From contig OY759598.1 of assembly GCA_963662435.1 (NCBI GenBank), positions 620,001 to 684,000 of the forward strand: 64,000 nucleotides of DNA, in the 5' to 3' direction. Under the pieces are notes generated by a model. The model worked only from the letters and a program-made list of their open reading frames with translations, was not told where the DNA came from and searched no databases. This DNA is from Dehalococcoidia bacterium (GTDB taxonomy: Bacteria; Chloroflexota; Dehalococcoidia; Lucifugimonadales; VXLM01). Shown here piece by piece: positions 54,432-64,000 of this stretch. Numbering within the stretch: position 1 is the stretch's first letter; each line of letters begins with the position of its first letter. A program made the translations under genes and the position numbers.

Positions 54432-54508
54432 GCGCTTGTAGCTCAGATGGATAGAGCGCATCCCTGCGGAGGATGAGGCCGTGGGTTCGAGTCCCGCCAA
54501 GCGCGCCA
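54432..54508 (+). tRNA. tRNA-Arg (GCG)
   Basis: GCGCTTG/CAAGCGC, CATCC-CTGCGGA-GGATG, CCA. Confidence 0.93.
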
Positions 54509-54575
54509 CGTATCTCCCCCTCATACACCGATCATCCCACATCAAACTTCGAGCAGAGGTGCACGATATCCCCAT

Positions 54576-54652
54576 GGGGGGTTAGCTCAGTTGGTTAGAG
54601 CGTCTGTCTTACACACAGAAGGTCAGAGGTTCGAGTCCTCTATCCCCCACCA
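54576..54652 (+). tRNA. tRNA-Val (TAC)
   Basis: GGGGGGT/ATCCCCC, TCTGT-CTTACAC-ACAGA, CCA. Confidence 0.95.
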
Positions 54653-55340
54653 GATTGAATTGTTTTCGTAGAGTAACTACCTGCTGTGCTCCCTCGCCCG
54701 GTTCAGTTCGCAGGTCTAGAAGTAATACCTCACATGCCAAGCAATGTCCTTCGTCGTTCCCAACTTGTACGGCTTGACCCTGCGATTCCTTTCAGCTTCC
54801 CCATGCTTTCCCAGTCCCCTTTGTTGAAAACTGAGCCTTTGAACATCTCGATTTTGGTCGATTCGACTGTTTCCCAGATACTCTCCGGCCTATAGTTCAG
54901 GTCCTCAAACTCCACCATGATGCTCTTTGGCCTTCTATGCTACTCGGCGGCGACACTGTCCAGTTCGTTATCCACATCCTCCACGAGGTCTTGGGCATTC
55001 TAACCGGTAACGAGGTTGAAGCGAGGGCTGGACACATCAGACCCCTGAATCGCTCACAGATGGGCCTTTTGGCATAGCAAGTAACCTGGCCTTCTCAGTT
55101 GGGTGTTCCGCCTTGTGTTGCCCTAATTTGCATGAAGGGCACAGACCACACGATCGAGCACGTCTAAACTCAAGGAATGAGATCTGAAAAACGCCAGCTA
55201 GGCGATTAGTAGATCTCGCTTTCGCGCTTTAATCTTTGAAGCTCAGTACACAGCGAAAACTGCCGAAACAGAGTGGTGTAGTGTGTCCTTTACTGCGTGC
55301 TACTCTGTGAGAGATCCTGGCACTGAGCAATAGTTTCTCA

Positions 55341-56117
55341 CTAAACCGTTACCCCGACGGTGATAGTGCCGTAATAGCCGTCGCCTTCCTCCGTGACCGA
55401 CGCAAGGAGGTTTCTCTCGGTGGGATCGCCACGCAAGACAGAGTCACTCGTGTTGCGTGTAGTGCGTTCGGGCCGGCTGCTGTAGGGTGTGCGGCTATAG
55501 ACTTGGTCGGTGAAGTCGTCCGGGAAATAGAACTGGGAGGTCACGTACGAATTGTTTTTGTAGAGGACCTTGAAGTGGATATGAACCGTACGACCGGGAT
55601 ACCAGCCGGGATAGATAGTGTCGAACAGGACTACTCCATCGGTGTCTGTAACCTGGGTCCCGCGAAGGAAAGTTTGGCCGGAAGTGTCCTGTCCGCCGGG
55701 CTGGCCGGGATACCCTGAGTAGACGCCATCGGCGTCGGTGTGCCACACGTCCACGACGGCATCTTTCAAGGGAGCGCAGGCGCCGTCCACATTCATGACT
55801 CGGACGGCCATTCGCAGCGGCACACCGACACGGTCTTCAACGATGTCTCGGCGTATCTGGTTCGCATCGAAGTAAAAAGGACCCTCGGTCGCCTGAGGCG
55901 TCAGTACGCAGACGGGAGTCGCGTCGAACGGCAATGGCGAACCCAGAGTGCTTGCAGGATTAGGAGGCGGCGTGTGCGTGGAGCTTGCCAGCGCCGGTGG
56001 CTCGTTCCCGGAAGGGCCGGAGCCGCGGATACCACAACCGGTCAACACAGCGATGCCGAGCAGGCCCGCCCTCTGCAATAGTTCTCTTCTCATCAAGTCC
56101 AATTTATCTGCCTCCAT
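55341..56117 (-). CDS. Intradiol ring-cleavage dioxygenase-like protein with twin-arginine/lipoprotein signal
   Basis: MRRELL..LTGC signal; TEGPFY, DVWHTDADGVYS, FLRGTQ, YPGWYPGRTVHIHFK. Confidence 0.88.
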   Translation of the reverse strand: MEADKLDLMRRELLQRAGLLGIAVLTGCGIRGSGPSGNEPPALASSTHTPPPNPASTLGSPLPFDATPVCVLTPQATEGPFYFDANQIRRDIVEDRVGVPLRMAVRVMNVDGACAPLKDAVVDVWHTDADGVYSGYPGQPGGQDTSGQTFLRGTQVTDTDGVVLFDTIYPGWYPGRTVHIHFKVLYKNNSYVTSQFYFPDDFTDQVYSRTPYSSRPERTTRNTSDSVLRGDPTERNLLASVTEEGDGYYGTITVGVTV

Positions 56118-56450
56118 ATCATCGACTCTGTTTGAAGGGCTGAGGCCAGTGATTTCATCCCCTAGAGTGGCGCATGAGTACATCATCCTTTCGATCTGGG
56201 CAAGTCCGGTACCAGGGCGTTAGCATCGATGACCTGCATATCGCGTATTCAGCCGGATAGGGGCCGTATGTTAATTCTCGCAGTCTACTATGAGGACATT
56301 ACGATTCTTTGAAGAATGGAAAACCGATCCATTTCCCGCAGCAAGGTCGTGGAGAGTCGACAACGGTCAGTGACTAGAATAGTCTGTTCTAGGTGGGACA
56401 TAGCAAGGGAAGGCGGCGTTGCTGCTCTTCGACAGGAACCCCCTCTCTGT

Positions 56451-56553
56451 ATCTCTCCCCCGGCGGGGGAGAGATTGTGGGTGACTTTTCGGCAGTTACC
56501 GACACGCCGGTGCAGCCCCGTAGACGAGGCGTAACGATGCTCAGGGTGAACGG
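56451..56553. repeat. Hairpin plus inverted copy of the 8433-8489 element
   Basis: ATCTCTCCCCC-GGC-GGGGGAGAGAT; 56495-56553 reverse complement aligns with 8433-8489. Confidence 0.65.
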
Positions 56554-56586
56554 GGCAATTTTCATACCCTCAAAAGGAGGACTGAG

Positions 56587-56829
56587 ATGGACGCAGGAGT
56601 CGACATGGTAATTGACACGGTCAGGACACTGACTCGCGACAACGACGGCGTCGTCATCGAGCCTCTGGACTTCGAGGACGGTCTTCTGAGGATCAAGTAC
56701 TATGAGGGAACCAACGAGGAGTGCCCAGAATGCGTGATGCCGCCTGACGCATTCAGGGAAATGGTCGAGCGCATGTGCAGCGTCCAGGCGCCGCACGTCG
56801 CGACCGTGGTGCTGGTGCCCGCCCAGTAG
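56587..56829 (+). CDS. Small NifU-like CxxC protein
   Basis: VRTLTRDNDG..CPEC pattern; AGGAGG RBS. Confidence 0.6.
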   Translation: MDAGVDMVIDTVRTLTRDNDGVVIEPLDFEDGLLRIKYYEGTNEECPECVMPPDAFREMVERMCSVQAPHVATVVLVPAQ

Positions 56830-56832
56830 CGC

Positions 56833-58473
56833 CTATGGCCGGAACTGGTCGATGCCCACCGTCACCGCGCTGGGACCGCTGGGCATCACGAGCGTCTTTG
56901 CGCGGTCCGCCCCGACAACGAGAATGTCGTATCGGTCCGCATTCTCCAGGACGGGCATCGTGATGTCGAGGCGCTCCTGCTCGGTCAGATCCTTCATCCA
57001 CCTCCAGTGCGCCGCCACTCGCGCTTCGCCCTCCAGGGGAACGTACTGAGTCATCTTACCCAGGCTGTCATTGGCGTGCATGTGGATGAACTCCTTGGCG
57101 CCCTGCTTCGTGAAGCCCTGGGCGCCGACCGGCCGGGCGACGTCAGGCGGCAGGAGGATCAGCCGCTCGTCTGAGTGCCTCTCCCACAGGCCGCGCGTAC
57201 CGAACGTCGCGCCATAGGCGACCGTCTTGAGGAGACCCTCAGCCGTGTCGTTACCCTGGTCCTGCACGTCGAGTTCGCCGTTAGTGATGAACACGCTCAC
57301 CGCACTCTCACCGGCATCGAACCCTTTGCTCACGTGGTAGGGCTCCCACGGGCTCATCTTCTCGTTCTCGGCTATGCACAGGACGAACTTTCGTGTCGTG
57401 CCGATGGTGTCCATGTCCATCTTGTTTGGGTACCAGTGACCGATGTTCCTCATGCACATGGAGAACGCGCGTCCGATTAAGATGTTGACCCTGTTGTCGA
57501 ACCCGGGGCCGAGCGCCGACCGGGCGTTTATCCCCAGTTCATCAGCTATGGGCCCGTTCACGACCAGCAGTGGAGCCTGCGGGCTGGTGGACATAAGCAA
57601 CGACTTGCCGCCCTCCGGTCCCATCTTGGGCAGCGCACTAACGGCGGCGACGATTACCGGCATGTGCTCGGGCCTGGCTCCGGCCGCGGCCGCGTTTACG
57701 GCGATCTTCTCGACGGTGGCGATCCCGAAGCCGGGCGGCATGTCGCACACAACGTGGTCGCCGGACAGGCCGACCCCGTCTATTAGCTCGTCGACTGCGC
57801 CACGGGTGGGCGGCAACAGCGGGAAGCCGTCTCCCCAGTCGCGTCGCAGGAAGTCGTCGTTCATACGCTGGACCGCGTCGAACCGGTCTTCGCCCTCAAA
57901 GCGATAGGCCTGCTCCGTTGGACTGTCGTCGTACGTGCTATCGGCGTCGGCAGTAAGCATGCCGACCAGGTCGTCGAATGCGGGCTCGGTGTTGCTTATC
58001 GACTCGGCCGGGGACAGGTTGCGGTAGATGCGTGGCACGACGACGAAACGCAGAGCGGGCATGCCGAAGGCACGGCTGCTCGCGATGGCGTCGCCCTCGA
58101 AGCGGCCGGAGATGATAGGCACCGCGGGCTTGCCCATCCGCTCGACCTCAATCATGTCGTGGACCATCCACGACGCGCACGTCCCTCAGTCGCCGGTCGC
58201 TCCGACGACAGCATCGCACTCGTTGGCGGCCTGCTTTAGGATGTGCGGCGGATTCGGGTAGTTACCACCCGTGTAGAACTTCGTCTCGACGCCCTCGAAT
58301 CGCTCTTGGAGCATTTCGCCGACGCGGTTGAGAGCCACGTCGCCGCCGTGGGTCCCACTCCATACCAGGCCGATGGTCTTGCCGTCGAGCCGGCTGAGCC
58401 TGGGGGTGACGTCCGCGACGTTCTCCATCGCCCGCTGCTTTGCGACGGGGTTCATGACTTCCAGTAAATGCAT
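56833..58473 (-). CDS. Probable selenoprotein: UGSC-like (UGTC) domain fused to a C-terminal conserved domain, 546 aa with Sec96
   Basis: ORFs 58186-58473 and 56833-58167 are in frame across a single TGA (58186-58188): GATGD-U-GTCASW; SECIS-like hairpin follows. Confidence 0.85.
58156..58174 (-). promoter_or_regulatory. Bacterial SECIS-like hairpin
   Basis: GTCGTGGA-TGG-TCCACGAC starting 11 nt after the UGA. Confidence 0.75.
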
Positions 58474-58525
58474 GCCGTACACCTTCTTTCCATCGCGGAT
58501 ACGTCCGCACGTCCACGACGAACGG

Positions 58526-58554
58526 AGTCTAGAATCGACGACACTCCATGTCAA
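58526..58554 (-). promoter_or_regulatory. Sigma70 promoter of the selenoprotein gene
   Basis: TTGACA-17-TAGACT on minus strand. Confidence 0.6.
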
Positions 58555-58914
58555 CCTATGCGGTCGGTGTCGGTTGGCGGGCAGTCCGGCCTACTGAGAG
58601 TTTGCTTGGGTAAGCAGACCGATTCCCTCGCATTCTCCGTAGATAGATGTCATGTCCACTGAACCTAGGGATAAGCGTCTGATGTGTACATTCTCCCGTC
58701 TGCCCGGAACGATTTCCGTGGGCGTAGACTTCTCCTCGGGATTCCTAGAAATTCCACTAGTCGAGGTCTAACTAAGCTTCAAGAATGGTAGGCCAAAGTT
58801 GATCGTAGACATAACCATATTCGAGATACGGAGGGAACTCCGAAGATTTCGGGGCCATAGAGTAGGCGATACGGGGCTGGGGTTGGACTTGTGCTGATGT
58901 AATCGTGGCAAACA

Positions 58915-59967
58915 CTATACGAAGGTGAGGATCCTGGCCGGGTTGTCCACAGTAATCGCTCGAATCAGATTTTCCGAAAATCCCTTGCGGCGCATTTTGG
59001 GAACGATGTTCTCAAGAATGTGGCCGTAGCCGTGCCCTCCGTATCTGACTAGTCGGTGCTTGGTGGCGATGTCTTGACCAATGACGATTCTGTCTGATTG
59101 GCCGGCGGCGGCGGCGCGCATTATGAAGTCCAGCCTCTGGGCGTCGCTGGGCATGTCGATTTCGGCGAGGGGATAGTTGGACCCCTCATTGCCGAAGAGG
59201 TCCCATTCAAGGTAGCAGCCCGATGCGGCAATCCTCTGGAGCGCGTCAAAATCGAAGACTGTCCTATCTAAGTGGCCCATAATCACCCGCGATACATCCG
59301 CGCCGCCGATCTCAAGCAGTTCAAGAATCTCCAGCGGCGCAGCCGGATTGCGACCCGGGTGGACCAGTATCGCTGCGCCGGTTTCTCTCTGGGCGATTGC
59401 CGCAGCAGACAGAGACTTACGCTCGGTTGGAGCGAGAGGCCACGTGCATCCAATTTCTCCAATAATTCCCGCCTGGACGCCGCCGCCTTCAACGCCATCC
59501 ACGATGTCACCGATTATCTCTCGAGCTAGGTCATCAACGCTTCTTTCATCCATGTCGTCCGAATGGACAGCTTCCACGTAGAAGCCTGCACCCATGATGA
59601 CATGAACGCCCGACTCAATGGAAATCCGGGCCAGGGCATCCGGATTGCGTCCGATTCCCACGTTGGTTGCATCTACAATCGCTCCGCCACCGGCTTCACC
59701 GTACTTGCGGACTTCGCTGATGGTCGTATCCACGTCCATCAGCTGCAGGTTGATTCGGTTGCTATAGTAGTTTCGGCGTATCCATCCGAGGTTTTCCAGA
59801 GTTATGGGAGCGTCTTCCAGTTCCGGGCGCGGCGAATCCTGAGCGGGGCGGTACATGAAAGAGAAGTCGATGTAGAGGTGTTCATGGGTCGTCGTTGGGC
59901 CCAATTTCGATGGTTGAACAGGTCCCAGCACGGTCTGGACTAGACCTCGGTTTCGACCAGATGGCAT
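58915..59967 (-). CDS. Phosphotriesterase-family protein
   Basis: QTVLGP, THEHL, GIIGEIG, HPGR, GHLDR, DNPARIL. Confidence 0.9.
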   Translation of the reverse strand: MPSGRNRGLVQTVLGPVQPSKLGPTTTHEHLYIDFSFMYRPAQDSPRPELEDAPITLENLGWIRRNYYSNRINLQLMDVDTTISEVRKYGEAGGGAIVDATNVGIGRNPDALARISIESGVHVIMGAGFYVEAVHSDDMDERSVDDLAREIIGDIVDGVEGGGVQAGIIGEIGCTWPLAPTERKSLSAAAIAQRETGAAILVHPGRNPAAPLEILELLEIGGADVSRVIMGHLDRTVFDFDALQRIAASGCYLEWDLFGNEGSNYPLAEIDMPSDAQRLDFIMRAAAAGQSDRIVIGQDIATKHRLVRYGGHGYGHILENIVPKMRRKGFSENLIRAITVDNPARILTFV

Positions 59968-60118
59968 GGTGAAGCTCCCTGTAGTATGGTGACAACTAAG
60001 CGTAACACGACCGTTCGGAGGCTCAAAGAAGTATACGTATGCGATGGTGGACGGTTGTTGCGTAGATGACCGTTACCGCAACAGGGCTGAACAGCCATAT
60101 AGAAAGGGGGTTCCGGCC

Positions 60119-61252
60119 ATGAGGTTCGCGGCGTTTACGACCGTGGCGGGGTCTGCCGGAGAGGCGGCCAACGCTGAGCAGATGATCGACAACATCAGGC
60201 AACAGACCGTTCTGGCCGAGGAACTCGGCTTTGAGGCCATGTGGCTTGGGGAACACCACTTTGGGCCGTATGGAGTGGGTGACTTGCCGAACCCAATACT
60301 GCTCGGCGCAGACCTCGCGGCGCGGACGTCCAAGATTCGCATCGGACAGATGGCGAACATTGCTCCTTGGTGGCATCCTATACGGCTTGCCGAAGACCTT
60401 GCCATTCTGGACAACATGACCGGAGGACGCGTCGAGGTAGGCTTCGGCAGAGGTATCTGGCCTTACGAGGGTCCTCAGTTTCATCCCAATGCCGATCCCC
60501 GCAAGGACAAGGAGAACCGGGAACTGTTCCGGGAAACAGTCGAGATAGTGCGGGAGATATGGACCAACGAATACTTTACGTATCGTGGGACAAACTACGT
60601 CTTCCCCGCCGACGACACCGTCTTCTCGCATCCAAAGTATCCCTCGAATCCCACCTGGCAGGAAGGGGAGAACGTAACGAAGCTCCGGGTGACGCCGAGA
60701 CCGTACCAGGACCCGCACCCCCCGATGTGGATGACCGTCTCCACAGACCGGTCCGTAACAACTGCGGCCGGGCTTGGGTTGAGTGCGTGCTACTGGCAGC
60801 CACCTGCTCTCAGGATCAGGCAGCGAATGGAAATCTACGCACAGGCCAGGACCGAGCTGGAGGGGAGGCCATTCGCTGTGGGAGAAGACCAGGCGGTCAT
60901 GCGCTCCACCTATGTGAGCTCTTCTATGGAGGAAGCCCGCCGCGATGCTGAAGAAGGCATCATGTCCTCTTTCATCTACAACGATCCGTTTCGCGCAAGG
61001 CAGGTCTTCACCAATCCGGGCGAGGTGTTGGATCCGGACGTGAAACTGGACTGGGACTTCCTGGAGCCGCGCACCCTGCTTGTGGGTTCCCCTGAGAATG
61101 TGGTGGAGAGGGTCCAGGAATTGCAGGAAGTGTGCAATCTGGACTATCTGCTAGTGGAGTTCACGCACATGGGGATCCCACTGAGTAAGACACTGAAGAA
61201 TCTGGAGACCTTCGCCACCAAAGTGATGCCGCAATTTGCAGGCGAAGATTGA
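60119..61252 (+). CDS. LLM-class flavin-dependent oxidoreductase
   Basis: AEELGF..WLGEHHF, HPIRLAED, GRVEVGFGRG, PRPYQDPHPP, VGSPE. Confidence 0.92.
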   Translation: MRFAAFTTVAGSAGEAANAEQMIDNIRQQTVLAEELGFEAMWLGEHHFGPYGVGDLPNPILLGADLAARTSKIRIGQMANIAPWWHPIRLAEDLAILDNMTGGRVEVGFGRGIWPYEGPQFHPNADPRKDKENRELFRETVEIVREIWTNEYFTYRGTNYVFPADDTVFSHPKYPSNPTWQEGENVTKLRVTPRPYQDPHPPMWMTVSTDRSVTTAAGLGLSACYWQPPALRIRQRMEIYAQARTELEGRPFAVGEDQAVMRSTYVSSSMEEARRDAEEGIMSSFIYNDPFRARQVFTNPGEVLDPDVKLDWDFLEPRTLLVGSPENVVERVQELQEVCNLDYLLVEFTHMGIPLSKTLKNLETFATKVMPQFAGED

Positions 61253-61460
61253 AGAATGCGTCACTAGATTCGCGGTGTGCTCGCGTCGGGAGTCTCAATC
61301 TGGAGCGATCCGGCAGTCTGCGGTCGTGTTTCACAAGGTAGACGAGCCGTCGGTTGCTTAGACTCAGGCATCTGCCTTCAGTCAAGTTGTGCCGCAAAAG
61401 GTGGGCTAGAGGTGGCTGTACTGCGAAATCATCGGTGTGAGGTCCGAATATAGGATCGTG

Positions 61461-61867
61461 TTAGGTTGTGTCGCTAGCGTGGCGATCTGACGGATGCGAG
61501 AGTAGGGGTGGTGAGGCGGCCTGCCCACGCCATAAGAGAATGGAGACGCGCCGTGAGACCTGTGGTTCTGGCAGTGACAGCGATTGTCGCGCTCCCTTCG
61601 CCGCAGTGATCACCACGGCCCCAGCGAGCGTCACCCATGGATAGATCACCAGGAGCGGCGGGAACTGGAAGAGGGTGACGACAGCCACGGCAAGGGATGT
61701 TCCGGAAGCCACGCCCCACAGCGGGTCCGCGGCGAGTTGTTCCGCCAGCGGCGGCGGGATGGGCGGATGGTCAGCGCATCGGACGGCAGGCGCCTGTCCT
61801 AGTCGGTTACGTAGATGGGCTCGGTTTCGAGGTCCCGGTCGGCTATCCGGTCTGAACTCTTGGTCAT
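61461..61867 (-). pseudogene. Possible decayed small membrane-protein gene
   Basis: RBS+ATG at 61867 (MTKSSDRIADRDLETEPIYVTD*) with a stop and a frame change before two hydrophobic segments. Confidence 0.3.
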
Positions 61868-61921
61868 GAGATTCCTTCGTTCCGCGTTGTCACGACTGCT
61901 CGGCCATAGTCCCAATCAATA

Positions 61922-63436
61922 TTAATCGAACGTGAGTGAGTAGAGCCGGGCGCGGGTCATCTCGAGGCGCAGACGGACGGGTCTACCGGACCATGTGGAG
62001 AGGTCGGACTCACCGTTCCAGGTCACTACGCCATCGAGGATGTCTCCGGTCAGAGGGTCGCAGTCCTCCATCGTGCGGCCCGGTATCGCATCGGCCGGCC
62101 TTGGGCGGGTCTCCATCGACGCGTCGGCCACCTCGACGCGTATCTCGCCTCGGAAGCGTGTCCAGGCGTTGACGCGGAGTTGGCTGCCCGTGAAGAGTAG
62201 CGGGTAGGTGGTGCATGCGCCGACGGTCTCGGCCTCCAGCGAGGTGAAACCGTCTTTGCGCCATGTAGCGCGGCATATGTAGCCGAGGTCGCTGTACACG
62301 TCCTGCAGGTGCGACTCCCTCATGCCCAGCAGGTTGTTGTGCGAGGTGGAGTACGGGCTGATGATCAGCGAGTGCTCGTCGGGGCGCAGGCTCACGAGGC
62401 CGCAGCCCGCGTAGATCCCCGCATGCCAGTCCAGGCCGGGGTTGCCGCTGGTGCCGGGCTCCATCCTGGGGATGATGGGGCCTGGCTGGTGCCGCTCCCA
62501 GTTGACGCCGTCGCGGCTGGTCATCATGTGCAGGTCGGATATGTCCAGCCGGCGTTCGTAGAAGATGGGAAAGGCCAAGTGGGCGTTACCTCCGTCCGGC
62601 CAGAGGGCGTAGGCGTTGGTGTAAATGTCGGCGTCGGGGCCGTCCTGCGCCTGCGGCCATACGATCTGCTCGGGCTTCGGCCATTTCTCGAATGAGTCCG
62701 TTTCGGCGTAGGCCATCCGACGCCGGCCGTGAATCCTGCCATGCTCGTGCCTATCCCAGCCCCTGAAGTAGCCGACGTAACGGCCCTTAGCGGGGTCGAA
62801 CCGGGCGATTATCTGGGTGTCGCTTACGTAGCCATCCAGCAGCGGCTTGGGCAGCTTTGTGAACAGGAGGCCATCGGGGGACACCGCGCCCAGGACCTGG
62901 TCTCCGCCGCCCTCCTTGTTCTGGTAGATGAGCTTGTACCGTTCGGAGGCCGGAGCGCTGGGGTCCTTGAAGACGGTGCCGGTATTACCAAAGACAATGT
63001 TGTTGTCCGTAGAGCCGCGGAACTCGACTGCGCCAACGGTGGGCTTGCGCCAGGTCACGCCATCGACGGACTCGGCGTACGCCATGACCTGGGTCTCCCA
63101 GGGCACCACGAAGTCTGACTCCTCGGTGGCACGTCGCCGCGCCTCCGGGTCCCTCTGTTCGACTGCGCCAGTGTACGCGGGGTAGTAGAGTCTGAAGATG
63201 CCCTCGTCCTCGAACACCGTCGTCATGCCGGAGACCCAGTCTTCCCAGGGGTGCTCCGGCGTGATCAAGGGTTCCGGGTCGATGCGTGGGCTGTGTGCGG
63301 ATATACGCACGCCGTAAGGCATCTCCCAACCGCCGTCGCGTCCGCCGCCCCACGCGACGCCGTAGCCGGGCTCGATGATGTCCCAGTCGACGAATACGTG
63401 CTTGCGGCCTCTCAGGTCGTAGGGTGCGTAGGGCAA
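61922..63436 (-). CDS. GH32/43-like beta-propeller hypothetical protein
   Basis: YAESVDGVTWRKP, SPDG, SRDGVNW Asp-box-like repeats; RKDGFTSL, RLRLEM..LYSL C-terminus. Confidence 0.7.
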   Translation of the reverse strand: MPYAPYDLRGRKHVFVDWDIIEPGYGVAWGGGRDGGWEMPYGVRISAHSPRIDPEPLITPEHPWEDWVSGMTTVFEDEGIFRLYYPAYTGAVEQRDPEARRRATEESDFVVPWETQVMAYAESVDGVTWRKPTVGAVEFRGSTDNNIVFGNTGTVFKDPSAPASERYKLIYQNKEGGGDQVLGAVSPDGLLFTKLPKPLLDGYVSDTQIIARFDPAKGRYVGYFRGWDRHEHGRIHGRRRMAYAETDSFEKWPKPEQIVWPQAQDGPDADIYTNAYALWPDGGNAHLAFPIFYERRLDISDLHMMTSRDGVNWERHQPGPIIPRMEPGTSGNPGLDWHAGIYAGCGLVSLRPDEHSLIISPYSTSHNNLLGMRESHLQDVYSDLGYICRATWRKDGFTSLEAETVGACTTYPLLFTGSQLRVNAWTRFRGEIRVEVADASMETRPRPADAIPGRTMEDCDPLTGDILDGVVTWNGESDLSTWSGRPVRLRLEMTRARLYSLTFD

Positions 63437-63437
63437 G

Positions 63438-63685
63438 TTAGACCTCCATAGTCCGAGTTATCGTTCGGTCTCGGGTGCGGGACACAGTTCCGTCCACCCA
63501 CTTAGCGAACAGTTGGCCCAACCCTTCCACGTTGCCGTCTTGGGTAATCACCTCAGTCTCGAATCGGCTCATGGTGTTGGTGCTCGCGGCAGGTCTTTCA
63601 GTACCACATCTCCGTCCAGCGGTGATCCGCATCGTCGGGTTCTAGGCCAGCCGTTCAGGGTTGTTGGTATCCTCATAGCTTCCGA
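63438..63685 (-). pseudogene. IS1380-family transposase remnant
   Basis: GSYEDTNNPERLA*NPTMR..AASTNTMSRFETE resembles the IS1380 GYED.ND...L..DP....AS..T.SRFE motif; in-frame TAG. Confidence 0.65.
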
Positions 63686-63686
63686 G

Positions 63687-64000
63687 GGGAATTATATACG
63701 AAAGTAACCAATTGACCGTGAAAACCCCTTGACAAATTCGCCCATTTCGGTTACTATTATGTCATAAAGCAAAGGGGTTATTGACATGGCAGGCAAGGCA
63801 TTTCGCAAGGGTATCTCATTCGTAGACCTCATGGACATGTTCCCTGACGATGAGACGGCGGAACAGTGGTTCATCGAGCATCGCTGGCCGAACGGCGTAG
63901 CCTGCGCTCACTGTGGGAGCCTTGCAGTCTCTAGGCTCGATAGTCACCCGACAATGCCGTTCCGTTGCCGCGATTGCCGCAAGTATTTCTCGGTCAAAAC
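63687..64000 (+). mobile_element. IS1595-family element, left end (partial)
   Basis: End motif GGGAATTAT (ISNwi1-like), internal promoter TTGACA-17-TACTAT (63729-63757). Confidence 0.7.
63786..64000 (+). CDS. IS1595-family transposase (partial, runs off right edge)
   Basis: MAGKAFRKGISFVDLMDMFPDDETAEQWFIEHRWPNGVACAHCGS..FRCRDCRKYFSVK Zn ribbon. Confidence 0.9.
   Translation, partial: MAGKAFRKGISFVDLMDMFPDDETAEQWFIEHRWPNGVACAHCGSLAVSRLDSHPTMPFRCRDCRKYFSVK

Noticed and set aside
58560..58914. Possible gene remnant or sRNA between the selenoprotein and PTE genes
   Set aside because: Frames contain multiple stops with no recognisable motif; one modest hairpin only.

Overview
GC-rich bacterial chromosomal window. 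It is most likely Chloroflexota/Dehalococcoidia (SAR202-like); this is an inference from gene content (F420 ligase, LLM monooxygenase, PhyH, orphan family-5 binding protein, small Zn-finger proteins). It carries housekeeping and metabolic genes (eno, gap, rpe, argH, dxs, rsgA, ltaE, tenA, cofE, folB), a three-gene N-methylglutamate synthase-like cluster, a broken-up nuoJK-L-MN block and a five-tRNA cluster. Mobile DNA comprises one complete IS1182, the start of an IS1595, an IS1380 remnant and many REP/MITE-like intergenic repeats. Main observations not shown by the ORF track: (1) two ORFs are joined by an in-frame UGA (D-U-G-T-C) with a SECIS-like hairpin 11 nt downstream, giving a probable 546-aa selenoprotein; (2) a 123-bp MITE family, one copy of which has IS1182 inserted in its hairpin loop; (3) a recurring intergenic unit of sigma70 promoter, LexA-like box and phased 10-bp repeats with no clear gene downstream; (4) a mazEF pair with both genes nonsense-inactivated and a redoxin lipoprotein, both inside the complex I membrane-arm genes; (5) two separately transcribed small Zn-finger proteins, one with an AT-hook-like tail. 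All calls are from reading the sequence; no database searches were run.
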